Shown in pieces: positions 1-13,049 of a stretch of 64,000 nucleotides of DNA. The stretch spans positions 93,626 through 157,625 of the forward strand of contig MNCI01000271.1 in assembly GCA_015680685.1 (NCBI GenBank). Direction: 5' to 3'. The notes beneath the pieces are model-generated. The model was not told the origin of the DNA and did not search any database. It saw only the letters and a program-made list of their open reading frames with translations. A program made the translations under genes and the position numbers. Origin of the DNA: Gnetum montanum. Its lineage: Eukaryota > Plantae > Gnetophyta. Within the stretch, counting starts at the first letter, position 1; every line of letters starts with the position of its first letter.

Positions 1-985
1 TTCACCCCTAGCATTGGATGTCGCCCAACACTCCATTGTCGTGTGACTTCTTGTTCCACACACTCCACAAGGTGCCTATGGAGGTTGTTGCACCACAGGA
101 ACATCAGTCACAATGTTCTCATACTCCACGTGAACTTTCTCCTCCCCTATTGGTCAAGGACAACTTCCTGAACCAAATCTTTTGGCACAAAGGACTACCA
201 AACATAGAAGCACATGTAGCCCATCCTCTTCAGAGATGTTGTGGGCTTATCGAACAAATTGAACTCCCCAAAGAACCTTGCAAACGCCCACAAGAAGGTA
301 GGAGTCCACATCTCCCAAGGAATCTCAAACACCCAGATCTATGCTGGGTCGAGAGAACAGATCAGGGTCCTGATGCAGCCCAGGACGCCATTGGGTTAAG
401 GCCAACCCCTGGGTCCTAAAAAACTAGGGCCCTCCCAGAAGAACCCTATCCCTGTTGATGGTTTGGAAAATGAACAATAACAGGTTCCTGGGGAGGCTAC
501 ACACCACCACTAGACAAAAAGGCCACTGTGTCACCACCCATTTTTGGATCACCTCCAGCTTAGGGTTGACGCCGGCTGAGATGAACTTCCCAATGAGACT
601 ACACTTCAAAGTCTGGATCCCTTCATTGGGAACGGTTGCAATCCTCAATCTCATAGAGTCCTCAATACCTCCCGCCTTAGGGCCCTATATAGAGTGGGCT
701 CCTTTAGGACTCCTTGACCCTGACCTTGACACCTCACCAACACACCCTGCCCCCCAAAGCAGCAGCCTCCACCTACACTTGTTTGCTGCCCGTCGTGTCC
801 CCAACACCTGAGTTCCCGCCTACGTTGCCTGGTCCACCACCTGAGTTCCCGCCTACGCTGCCTGGTCCACCTGAGCCCACCCCATCCTTGCTCTGCACAT
901 AGGGGCCTCCTTGCTCACTAGACTTGCCCTCGCTCTTTCTCTTGTTCCCGTCCATCTTTTCCATCTCCAATCTCGAACTTGCTAT
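1..985 (-). mobile_element. L1-clade LINE 5' end (ORF1: Gly-rich N-terminus, DUF4283-like region, CCHC knuckle); runs off the window
   Basis: Minus strand reads SLIGKF...LLLFIF...DRVLLGGP, W..EIPWEMW and CGVCGTRSHTTMEC (CX2CX4HX4C); several stops. Confidence 0.85.
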
Positions 986-1094
986 CCAGTGAACACTGAT
1001 TATACTTGAGAATGCTTTTTAAATTTTTTTTTTCAAACTAGAATTTGAACTGGCTCTTCAATTTTGTTAATGCATTTTAGCTTTAAATAAACAG

Positions 1095-1185
1095 GGTTGG
1101 CTGTAAATTGGTTTATCATCGACTTCCATGGAGAGAGCCCTGTGCACCATATCGCTTACGCATATTATATGAAGACGATCATATG
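1095..1185 (+). CDS. PUS5: RNA pseudouridine synthase 5-like (RluA family), internal exon A
   Basis: AG at 1093-1094, GT at 1186; translates (R)VGCKLVYHRLPWREPCAPYRLRILYEDDHM, matching the plant RNA pseudouridine synthase 5 (At3g52260-type) segment LVYHRLPW.EP...LYEDD as I recall it; 91 nt, ends in phase 0. Confidence 0.93.
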
Positions 1186-1377
1186 GTAAATTTTTGTTTA
1201 CTGTCTAGTTAGAAGTCAGGTGTTGAACATCTTTTGCTGACACTTAAAAAGTCAGAATTTTCTGCCTTGCACGCTGGACTAGTAGATGGGTTCAAGAAGT
1301 TAATCAGCATTCAAAGTAATTTATTTTTAAACAAGTAAAATTGTTTGCTTTTCCTTATATATTGACATGGTTTTTAG

Positions 1378-1564
1378 CTTGCCATAGATAAACCTTCAGG
1401 GCTTCAGGTTCTGCCTGGAGGTTTGTTTCAGCAGCGAACTGTCTTAACTCAGCTCCAGTGGAAAGATAGGAACCTATCTCACAGTGATTCAGATATGGAG
1501 AAAGGCCCTTGCCTTCTAGAATCTCATCCTGTTCCTGTACATCGTCTAGGTAGAGGCACTTCAG
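1378..1564 (+). CDS. PUS5: RNA pseudouridine synthase 5-like, exon B (motifs I and II)
   Basis: tttttag acceptor, g/gtatt donor; LAIDKPSGLQVLPGGLFQQRTVLTQLQW...HPVPVHRLGRGTS(G); 187 nt, ends in phase 1. Confidence 0.95.
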
Positions 1565-2394
1565 GTATTTGCTTTTTGCTGTTCTAAAAATTATTGTTAT
1601 TGTGTTTCAGGGACAATTACCTTGTTAGTTGTAAATATATAGACTTTATTTTTATTATTTTATGTTCAATCAGACTTTCTGTAATATTCTCTCTTGGTTA
1701 GATTTTCTTAATGAACATATCTATTAAAGTATTCTTTTTTTTCCTGTGTGTAATTGGCCATTGAATTTCACTAGAAATAAAGCTTAGAAAGTTACAAAAT
1801 ATAATTGCCAAAGAAGAGTAAATTATATGAGAGAGCATATTCAGTTAGATGTTTACCATTAGTTTTTCTGAACTTGTTAAGGAAGCTAACATTGAAGTGC
1901 TTTGTGTGGATGCCATCAGAGGTCTCCATTTATTCTTTTATAGGCTTACTCATTGTGCAAAATATATATCATTTTATGAACAAGAAAAAATATTTTAAGT
2001 TTATATATTTGCCATTGCGTACATTGTTGGGGGTTTCTAGACCCCAAATATTTTATTGGTAATTGCATAAAATAGCATTATATCTCAATCTAACTTATTG
2101 GAATCAAACTTGTAACTCAGAGAATACAAGTCATAAGTCTTACCTAGTGTGCTATGTTGAATGATTAAGATCGGCAAGGTTGTTGAATATGACACATGGC
2201 AAAGTTTGTGACTTGCATCTAACAGGGATTCAATTCCATTGAATCTTGTTGACATATAAGAAAATCCTGTAAAAGAAATAGGTTAAACTTATTTTGTTCG
2301 GAAGATTCAAAGTGTTTCATCAACTAGGAGTGGTTACTCTTGGTTTCATATGTCAATACCTAACTAGTCAATGCATTGAAAGCTATGATAATAA

Positions 2395-2740
2395 ATAATG
2401 AGTTTAACAAAATGGGGTCAGCTACATGAGTTGTCTTTTGCCGCTTGCCTCAGTAAAGAGTTAGATTTTTATCTATTTGCAGTTACTTCAGATCATCTTC
2501 AATTTTTTTCCCATGCCTTTTTTTGGTCACTTCAGTGGTTTTTATAGGAACAGTGATGTAGCAGCCCTTTTTAATAGGCTTATTATATGATCTTCTTTGC
2601 ACATGCCTAAACCATCTAAGATGCCACTCCTATAGCTTATTTCAAATAGAAGCCACTCGAAGCCTTCCTTTAATGTTTGTATTATGCAATTTATCTCTTC
2701 TTGTAACATTCAATATCCATTTAAGCATTCACAATTTTGC
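2395..2740 (-). mobile_element. RTE-clade LINE 3' fragment, degenerate
   Basis: Reverse complement resembles the RTE ends at 5440-5948 and 13050-13636 (LRWFRHVQR-like motif, catgtagctgacccc terminus). Confidence 0.65.
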
Positions 2741-2974
2741 TACAGATTTGTAAATTATGAAGCTTATGTAAAATGGAATTGTAAACACCCAATGACACTT
2801 GGTAATTTTTTTAATCTACAGTTGCAGATTCTACAGTTCATACTCACGCTTGATCAACAGATGGTATTACACATACTGCCTTTTCCAGTGAGTTTTTAAC
2901 TGGGTTTCTCTACCATTCATTAGAATTTTTAATTTAAATGCCATAGTGAAAAACACTTAACTTATTCCGTTTTT

Positions 2975-3603
2975 ACAGAGAAACAGGAACCCAAGAACAG
3001 GGTGGGCATTCCTCAAACCAAAATCTTTGGTCTGCCTGTCATCAGTGGCAGCACCAAAACTGATCCACAGAGTACAATTGCACTAAAGCTAAGGCAAAAC
3101 AACAAGGGAACTGAGAGAAACTAAGAGACACCAGAGGAAACTTTGGCGATGGCCAAAATCCTGACAACTTGGAGAAACACAAACAGCAAAACAAAAATCG
3201 ACGTGAGCCAAATCACAAATAGAGAGCCCACCCCAGCCCCACCCCTAAGGGTGTTGGGGCATTTGTCCACAATGACAGTTTGGTTGCAGCCAAGAATGCA
3301 CTGCGTCCAGCTGCGTGTGATGTTCCTTAGTGTCCACAAAGGCCGCTGCTTCCTGGAACATTTTGAAGGCTTCCGCCTTTCTGGCATGTGACGTAGTAGA
3401 CCCAACCCCATCCAGGTGCAATTGTTGAGGCAAACCAGATATGATGGTGCAATTCCTACCATAACATCGCCTGGTTAATTGGCATGCGTGCACATGGGCA
3501 TTTCCCTGCCTGCAGCCATGCAGTGGTATTCAGCCTATGAGCCCACAATAATATCTGCTGCTGCTCAATAATATAATACTGAAAGTTTTTCAAAAAAAAA
3601 AAA
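2975..3603. mobile_element. 5'-truncated, 5'-inverted L1 LINE insertion carrying a J-domain-like C-terminus
   Basis: Coding and UTR part on - strand (2975-3566), short terminal part and A-tract on + strand (3567-3608); imperfect TSD aaaaacacttaa...cttattcYgtttt at ~2949-2974 and ~3604-3633. Confidence 0.75.
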
Positions 3604-5439
3604 AAAAACACTTAAATACACTTATTCTGTTTTAGCTGCAGATGAGTCATCATTGATTCTGTAACGCTGATATTAGTTAACCTTTTTGCCTTGCAATAGC
3701 AAATTTGGCCAATTTCTTTATGTTGTAGAATATCCTCTATCCTTTTCAGCTGGATTTGGTGTTTCAACTTTGGTCATACTCTGTCCAGCGATTGTCTTTG
3801 TGTTGCAATGTCTTCTCGCACAAGTGGCATAGAATCCTGTAGGACGTTCCTTTATGTAACTTTTCAACTTGGAGCGTATTCGTTTTCTTTCTCCTCCATT
3901 ATCGGAAGACTTATTGGTAACGTAATATTAGAGGTGTGCTCACTGCTCCCATCAAATATGCTTGCATGGTAGAATATGTTGTATGAATTCACTAATGTAA
4001 ACTCTTGTAGGCTTTGAGTATATGGAATACCAATTTTTTTTTTTTAATCTTGCCTTTTTTCATGGTTTGGCTGTCACATTTATATAATAGAATGCTTTAT
4101 TTCTGAAGACATAAACGTGCTCCACTAATGGTGCCTTTCTCTATTAGACTTCTTTGGGATATTAGAAATGAAGTCAATTGGCTTAGCAATGATTAATGAT
4201 GTGTGTTGCTTTGAGGATTGCATGTGGACATGAGTTATCATATGTCCCCTAGGCTTTCATTCTTTTGTTTTGGCCACTTCATTATGTTGTGACTGCGACT
4301 GCAGCATGCATTCTTTTCTGTTGTAGGTTCTCAGTTTCAAAAATATGGAGATATTTTAATTTTTAAATCATTTTCTTGAATTGTTTGAAGGACTCAACAA
4401 TTATTGACTTATACTGTAAGAGATGTATCCACATCTTATGTGAGTAGTCATTTAGAAATATTAAAAAAAAAATGAGATGTGATTTGTAAGTTTAGGCTAT
4501 GCTAAGATATATAGGTATTGTGCAAAAGGCAATGCGTGAAACTGACTTGTTTTAGCATTTCTATCGGGTCTTTGTATGGACGTAAAAATAATTGAGTTCA
4601 AGTAAAAGTCTTAGATCTTGTGGTGGTGGTTGTCTTATAACTTATCTCATCAAAATGAACTTAGGTATTAGAGCACTGCACCGACTTAAAGTACAGAACT
4701 AATATTAAGCAGTCTGAAGACATCCGCATGCAGGCATAAAACTAACATATGAACAAGCATGATTTGTTGAATGAAAGGGGCGTGAGCTTTCGACGTTAAT
4801 AAAAAGGCATATGAGATCTCAATAAAGAAGTATGTGTAGAGTGTGTCTGCTATGAATCCTAATCAATAAAAATTTTATTGGATAATGAATTGTTTTTCTG
4901 TTCTAGTGACTTGGGATCATGGATTGCTTAGGATTGGGCCCTCTCCTGGGATTGCCATATTGAAATTTCATAAAAAATATTAGATTTCTAACAAATTTTA
5001 AGAACATATATAATTTTTATAGAAAAAACATAACAAACAATCTAAAATGGCTCAAACTCATTCAGAATTGGTTGGATTTGTGTACAATCATCTAGAAATG
5101 GAATTGCAACTTTCTGACACTGATCCATATCATGTTGAGTTAGATCTTGACTCTAGATCCGTTGGAATCATGATTCCAATCTGCATTTCTTAAGTATGGT
5201 TTTTAGCTAAGTCATATTAATGCATGTGATGGAAGTAAGTAGGACAAGAGTAATTTAGGAAACATGGATGAGAAGTACGAGACTCAAGAAAGGATATTCC
5301 TACAATAAATTGCTGATTGTACTACTGTGTTGTTGGAGTACAGTATATAGCAAAATGACCATTGATGTTTGTAGTTATTACAAAGCATTTTTGTAAACAA
5401 AGTGTGAGAGTTATTGTGAAAGGGAGAAGTTCCATTTCC

Positions 5440-5948
5440 AATGCAAATAATAGAGATATAGAGTACGAAGGTTAGTATTTACAAAAATAAAAAAAAACTA
5501 AAAATGCCTAGAAGGTACAAGTGTAGCAATTAGCTATCACCCTAATTGTAGTACAAAAGAGGCATGAATAACAAATCAGCATGGCAGAAATACGAATGCT
5601 TAGATGCATGCTAAATATTCTTAGAAGAGATAAATTGCATAATATAGGTTTTTGAGGAAGACTTTGAGTAGCTTCTATTTCAAATAAGTTACAGGAATGA
5701 TATTTTAGATATTTTTAGCATGTGCAAAGAAAATCAGGCAATGAGCTTATAAAAAAAGGTTGCCACGTCATTGTTCTAGGAAAGCCACCAAAAGGAAGAC
5801 AAAAAAGCATATGGGAAAAAGTAATTGAAGATGATTTGAAGAAATTGTAAATAATTAAAGATTTATCTTTTCATAGAGGTGAATGGTGAAAAATAACTTG
5901 TAGCTGACCCTATTTTGTTGTGACAAAGCTAGGATGACAACGACGACT
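5440..5948 (+). mobile_element. RTE-clade LINE 3' fragment
   Basis: Decayed QKRHE..ISMAEIRMLR and YF.HVQRK motifs; ends gctgaccctatttt...gatgacaacgacgac microsatellite tail. Confidence 0.75.
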
Positions 5949-5967
5949 GATTGTGGTACAAGTTAGT

Positions 5968-6150
5968 AAGGCAATATTCACCTGGTTAGAGTATGTGGCT
6001 TGTGGTCTATAAGTCATAAGTTTGATTTCAAGGGTTATGCTAAGACATGTGACATGTGTCACTTGGGGGTGTGGTAAAAATATATGTTCAGGAACTATGG
6101 CATTAGGTAGATAGGCAGCCATAGTATGTCATTGTCAAATTGTTTGCCTA
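5968..6150 (+). mobile_element. possible tRNA-derived SINE remnant
   Basis: Degenerate A-box (tattcacctggttagag) and B-box (aagtttgatttc) at tRNA-like spacing. Confidence 0.3.
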
Positions 6151-7918
6151 CCTTATAGGTCAGCCCATCATAGATGGGATAAAGACATCAAGATCATGAT
6201 GATGATGACAACTAATTATGGTACAAATTATATCATGGAGAATGACTACTACTTTGAAAATAATAGACTGGATAAGTTGGGCAGTTACATAGAAATATGA
6301 GAGCATTAAACCAGTCCGTTGATGAGGCACGATCACAATGAATAAGGGTACATTCAACAATTTTAGCAACGGCATATATTTGTGAAATATGATGTAAAAC
6401 CTGATGCATTACGACTATTTACTTAAGGAGAGTAGATTGTGTTTTATAAGTGAACATATAATATAGTATGATGATATAAAAGAACCATACTTAATGCCAT
6501 ATTTGTGAGTATGAAAATAATTGTACTTAATTGTCTAACATTGAATGAATTGTACTTGAGTCTTTTAATACACTGAGTTTGTAGAATTCAACTTCTCTTC
6601 ATCAAATTAACTAAATGCTAACAAATGATTCATATTATCATGAAAAACTTATTTTTTTATTGCAAAGGTGCAATCAACAAAAACAAGTTCGTGACTTCTG
6701 TGATTAATCTGATATCTACTCTCCTTAACTAAATGACATAACCCATGAAAGGCAAGTATGATGATGGCTGAGACTTTGTGAAAGCCTGTGTGATTACAGT
6801 GCGGAGGATGAAGAAGGGAAGGAAGAAATTGAGGGTGGACAAACTTCAAAGAAACTGTAATTTAATCATGGAAGGCTTCCAAAACTGTACAGTGAAATAA
6901 GCTAAAGCTATGAAAGTAGCTCAACTAAAACTCTTCACCAATGGGATTACTAATGAACTTCACAAAATATAATTTGGGAGTTCAGCCATAGAAGTTCGTA
7001 GTTCAAGTTTGGCTCAGTGGATTTTTGTGGAAAGAATTTTGTAAAAGATAAAGGGTTTCCTGAACAACAATTTTTATAGAGAGACATTTGCTAGCCATCA
7101 TGAAGGCCAAGATTTAATAATTATTCTAATTGGAGGCAAAATAGGTGATTTCATCAGCAAAACCATCGAACATGGTGATTTCAAGGTAGACTGCAACATG
7201 AGGCATCACTAGGATTATCAGTTTCAAAATTAATGTACATGGTAGTGGCAGTCAGAAATGTTGTGGACAATGGCAAGGTGCATTGATTAGTTATTAGCAT
7301 GTCTTTCAAAGATCAAACGTGGTGTTCATGGACTTGAACGGGCAGTTAACATTCAAGGCAATTCATGACAATGAAATCAGCCTTGTCACATTCAAGAGTG
7401 TGATGCAATGGCTACTGCTACATGAGGCTTGTGGAGCGAGCTGCCACATTTGTTCCTTGATGAATCCACTTTATTCTCACCGGTGCACAAAATTTGAAAA
7501 TTAATGAGCCCACTTGATAAATTCTTGTTCTATGTTCCAAAATGATGAAGTTGAAAATTGAAGTGTAATTAATAAAAATATTTTCAGGTGTGTGAACTTC
7601 GATTTTGATCTTTCAATGTTGGCAAGAATCCTAATCATTGTAGCCTTTGAAAAACTATATCAGCTGGATGAGCCTTCATTTTTATCACCAATTGCAGCAA
7701 CTCTTCTATAGAGGAAGTGTGACTAAAATGCTCTCAGCAATTGTGTGTTGTATTTGGCAATTAGGGAGGGATGGTTGTGTTCTGTTTAGAAATTTGTGAA
7801 AGCTGCAAAGTTTCGTTTTTTAGGGATATTTTGTTGGCGGTCTTGGTGCAGTAGGACAAACAGTTGAGAGAGCAGGTTGAGATGATGCTGGAGTAGGCAG
7901 GCTTGAGCACAATTGAGA

Positions 7919-7992
7919 TCACCAAGAAAATCAAGTGGCAGAAGAAAACACAAGTCACCAAGAAAATCAAGTGGCAGAAGAAAACACAAGTC
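7919..7992. repeat. 36-bp perfect tandem duplication
   Basis: tcaccaagaaaatcaagtggcagaagaaaacacaag occurs twice. Confidence 0.9.
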
Positions 7993-8992
7993 ATTCAAGA
8001 GACCGATTGTTCTGCAAGCTGAATTGACTTATTTGTGTTTGCCTCACGCTGGAAGGCAAGGTGGTTCTAGCCACATTGCATGTGGGAAATGAGTACATGG
8101 AGGGCAAGCATAATGAGTTTCTGAAGCAATTTGGTCTGCAAGGGGTTGTGGACTTGGATGAGGCAGTTCTTACAATGGAGAGGCCATAAAACGATGATCT
8201 TAATTTTTTTTCCGAATTCAACATTGATACTGTTTAATTCAAAAATTTTGTTTACATCACAACTCAAAAATGGTGTGTAAATGTTGACTTCAATTTTTAG
8301 GCATGTTAATTCTTGAAAACCACTATGGCGTTTTAAAATTTTTTGAGCTTGATAAGTTGATATTGGAAAAATTTTTAAAATGCTGAATTGTATTGATCCC
8401 TTAAAAGTTGTTTATAGTTGCAGAATAGGTTTTAGAATTGTAAAAGTTCAGCAAAAAGTGAAGCACTAAACAAAAGTTCCACATTGAATTTAATGGAAGG
8501 TTTTATGAATGATTAACTATCGGCAACTTTGTGTAACGTGAAATTCTTTTTGATTGGTCTATATATTATAACTGTGGTTAGTGTTCAATAAGATCATGAT
8601 GGTTTATTAATACTTAACTAAAAGGTATGACTTGTGACTTAAAGATTCACAATTATTCTTAGGGAAGTATAAAGGAAAGGAAGATGGAGCTGTTCAGTCA
8701 TCGTTCAGATCATAGAAAGTAGCTTTGTGATGTATAACTATACAGTGGACACCTTAGGTTATAGGTTCAGTTCTATTCAATTTGAGTGGGCAATGTTGAG
8801 TTATAGGGAAAAAATTCCTTAAAAGGAATTCTGAAACTAGTGCAGTCTGATAGATCCAACATGGTGGTCTCAGTGGATACAAGCAAAGTTCAGTTTCAGT
8901 ATCATGTTCATTGCAGATCTGTGTTCATTGTATTTTGTTAGTCTGAACCTTTTATCCATGAATTGATCTTTGCAGTTCATATTGAAACATTA

Positions 8993-11900
8993 TGTAACAC
9001 CCATCTGTAGGAAGCAAGATTTAACACTCAAAGCCCCCAACAAGCTGGCTAAAAATGCAAGAAGAAACTTTTTTTTTCCTAAACAGTTAATCAATTATTA
9101 GAAATTCAACTTGCATATAGATCAGCATAGACAACTATCTATTAAAATCAAGCACAACAAAGAAAATTATATGATGCAAAGAATGGCCCAAGGATCTAGC
9201 AAAAAGAGAAATCCAATATGATGATTGACATCTTGTAATACCCTATGCCTCCAAGGTGCACTACAAAAGTGAAAATATCTAGAACTTAAAATCATATCCG
9301 TAGCCATCTAGCTTAGCAAAAAGCCACTTAATTCAATCCTTTTAGGTAGTAGTCATAAATTATGCACAACCAAAATGTAATAAGTCATAAGGAAGTCAAA
9401 CTCAAGAAAACATATTATTCATGTACTTAGAAAATTGCAAATTGAAATATAAAATAATACAACAATCTATACATTTATTCACAATATCATTGTCAATGAT
9501 ACAATATCTAGGGTTCTGCAAGCAAAAAAATAAAAATAAAAATCAGAAGCTAGATTGTACACATTAATAAACTTGATCACATAAATAGGTGAACAAGAAG
9601 CACAAGAATCTTATGAATTAGTAGTTTACAAATCAAATTATCAAAACTCTTAAAAAAAGAATTAAAAACAACTACATCTTGTGTCAATCAACAAACTATA
9701 ATGAATAATCAATTTTTTGGTTCAACTAATGCTGATAAAAAAAGACAACCATGAAAACCAGATAGTGGCGATAAAATTCTATGCAAGATTCCTTTGATAC
9801 AATGTACAGGTCTGATTTTCTCTTTATTTATCAATCAAATTCTGATTATTTTCTAACCATAATAATAAATCAGATGCTATTCATCAAGAGACTTGTCTAA
9901 CCCAACAATTGGCTACAAGAAATGTAGAAATTAATAATATCAAATCTATTTAATTGCACAATAATACTATTTTATTTTCTTCCAGCAACCCTGAGAATAA
10001 AAATCATTTCAATAACTTTTCTAAATTGAAATAATAAATTGCATACCAACATTTAATCAAACTATCTAATTTACCAATAATAGAGAATAGAGAAATCATC
10101 TACATTTAATAATCATAATTTAACATCATTAACATTTAATAACCACAAATTAACATCATAGATTTCCCCCACTCCATTGGGCTCATAAAAAGATAACAAA
10201 ATAAGAATCAAAATTCAAATCCAAGGATTAAGCATTCAAGGGGATCATCAAGCCAATTTTCCATCCAAAAGCCAAAAATTCAACAATTTTGTAAATTTTA
10301 GAAAGTCACAAAATAGACATGGGCCCAGGGATACTCTCACTTTTTGTTTGCATTTCCAATCCTCATATAAGGGATCCTTAGCTCCTGTTGGCAAATCGTT
10401 ATGCTAGTATGCCCCAAATTGTTATGGGTATTTTTGAATTGTTGCAGAAACAACTCTCATCCAAGTCATTTAGGCTTGAGAGTGTAGAGGACAAGTGGAG
10501 AGATCCATCAACAAAATTAAGGATTTAACAATCCAAGATCTCAACAACAAATCTTGATTTCTAACATAAAAAGATATTCAAGGTAAGGAAAGGAGAAGAG
10601 TTGAGATACTGAGATTATCAGTGAACACTGTCCATCACAAATAGCAAGAGAAGGATTTATCTTACCTTATTGCTTAGATTTCTTGCTTACTGAGAATAAT
10701 TAATTACAATATTTGGATTGCTACTCAACTCAAATTTCCTTTCAATTTGTTGTCTTCTGTAGCATCCACAATCTTTCGTTGTTATTTTTTTTAGCCACAA
10801 TCTTCTTTTGTTGTTGTTGTTCTTCTCTTTCGGCCATCGCCTTCTTGTTGTTGTTCATTTGCTATTTCAGCTACAATCTTCTATTGTTATTGTTCATCTT
10901 CTTGTTCAGTCATAGTCATTCTTTTTGTTGTTCCTTTGCTGTTCCAGCCACAATCTCCTTTTGTTGTTGTTCATTTCCAGCCACCTCCCTTGTGATTGAG
11001 CTCTCCTTTTCTGTCTTATGCATGCACACACACTCTTTTTTTTCTTTTGGCTTTTCCTTTCCACTCTCTCCTTTCTTTATAATTGCTAGTGGAATTCAAT
11101 AGATGATGGGTTTTTTTTTGTAACTAATTCTTTATTGAAAACTATTTTGCTTCTCATTATTTTTTTAAATAAATAAAACCTTTTTCTGCACCACTTAGTC
11201 ATGAGTTCAATTCTTTCCATGACCACTCTTAAAAATTAATAAAAGTATATTATAACAAGGTACAGGTTCAATTCCTTGAGTTACAACTTTCAATATTTTG
11301 AAATTCTAATTCTACCAGGTCTTAGGTTCAATTCCTCTTGATCTCACATAGCACAAAATTGACAAGCATAAAATATTCAAACATAATATCCACATATATT
11401 CCTTCTTTCTTTAGCAACATTTCACATTTAAATTCATCAAAAGCAATAAATATGTAGCTTCGCTTCATTTCCAACAACATTTCTTGTTAGAAATCAAAGT
11501 TATAAGGTGCAATGGAAGAGTTTCCAAAATGAGGGTATAAAAGTGTGCAAGTCCAAGACATAAAGCCAAATGAAATACCTTTTCTTTCAGCAATCCAAGA
11601 GTTTCCATTTTGTGTTCATTTATTATTGCATTGTCTTATGGTGCCTTGAAAGGTCATCACCCAACCTTTCTACATCCATGGAGTACTTGTATTTTATTAA
11701 CTGATGAAACTCTAAAGAACAATGCATCAACAACATACACAACATTCCACCTTCATTATTTAAAATAATACAACTATGATATACATATTATTCCTGATTC
11801 ATAGGTTAGGTTCCTTCCACTTGATTCATTGGTTAAGTTCCTCAGTAGCATGTGCATATGTATGTATATTTTAGAGAATCATTTATACTAAGTGAAACAA

Positions 11901-12044
11901 TGCGTGTGGCTCCGGCTTGTCGTTTGTGGTGTCGGATTTTTGTATGTGGGTCTCCACCCCCCCTCCGCGGGCCATTTCTGATGACCCTCGAATTGTATAC
12001 TCTTGTACTATAATCTTTCAGTAATACACTCACGAACATTTTCT

Positions 12045-12077
<33 letters not shown>

Positions 12078-12174
12078 NAAAAAACACTATCCATATACAT
12101 CATTATAACAAAGTAGACTCACAAATATTGTCATAAACTTTAGGATGAAAGTCCAAGAAAGTTGGGTTGTTGTA
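8993..12174. mobile_element. large solo LTR (gypsy-type termini)
   Basis: Starts TGTAACACCC, ends GGGTTGTTGTA (decayed inverse terminus); 5-bp TSD CATTA at 8988-8992 and 12175-12179; no coding content. Confidence 0.65.
11905..12084 (+). mobile_element. very short 3' tail of the L1 LINE family with long poly(A)
   Basis: gggccatttctgatgaccc...tcttgtactata...tcagtaata matches the 3' UTR at 35755-35822; ~38-nt A-tract at 12046-12084. Confidence 0.75.
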
Positions 12175-13049
12175 CATTATGTTGTTGTATCGGTGTGTCT
12201 TTCACCATAGGTTTGTTTTGTTCTAAAGTTCTGACCTTTTTTCATACTACGAGTTTGTTTATATCAAGCAACTCAATGTATCATGTTCTTGTGGACCTCA
12301 AATTTTAACACATTCTATGTAGGTTTATATATTTTCTTTTAATTTATTTTTATCTTTATTCTTGGTTTGAGAAGTAAATAGAATGCTACAATATGATTTG
12401 AATGCTGCCCCCAAACTAAAGGCAGAAGGCTATGGCTCTATGCTTATGTTGTCACTTTGTTAGTTGTTGAAGTTATATGTGAATTTGCTGGGTGGGGCTT
12501 TCAGTAGTATTCTGTGTAAACAAAAAAAGGTGCAAAAAAGGAAAAAAATGAATAAGAAGATGGTAAAACACATGTAATGATGGAATAAATCACTATAAGG
12601 CTTGTTTGAAGATAATTATTGATGCAACCATAAGCATGCCAATGGTAGAATTCAACAATTATCATTATGTCCCCTAAAATCATAATTATAAATTACTTTC
12701 ACCACAATTATATGTTATTTGTAACACCTTTGTCAAGAGGCACCAAGGAAGTATAATTTTATATTCTTTATAAGGGTTATACTAAAAATGCATCAAGGTT
12801 GAGAAACTTGGGAGAATCATAACTTTAATTATGACCATATCTCCCTTTGAACATATATAATTATTTTGAGTGCATCAAGAAAAGTTCAAAATGGGATCTA
12901 CTAAAGTGTTGGATGAAGAGGTTTAGCCTTGGTATTTGGAGGCAGCAAAACTTGTTACAACCTTTTAAACTATTTTATGAGGTATTTATTAAACATTACA
13001 TGTGGATATAGAAGTGACAATCCAAAGCTAGAAGGTTTTGCATTGCAAA

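Noticed and set aside
4900-5200. Possible MITE with GGAT/GATC-rich ends
   Set aside because: No convincing TIR pair or TSD could be defined
10713-11102. Hydrophobic 129-aa ORF resembling a membrane protein
   Set aside because: Low-complexity TTG/TTC repeats inside a solo LTR; no ATG start or homology
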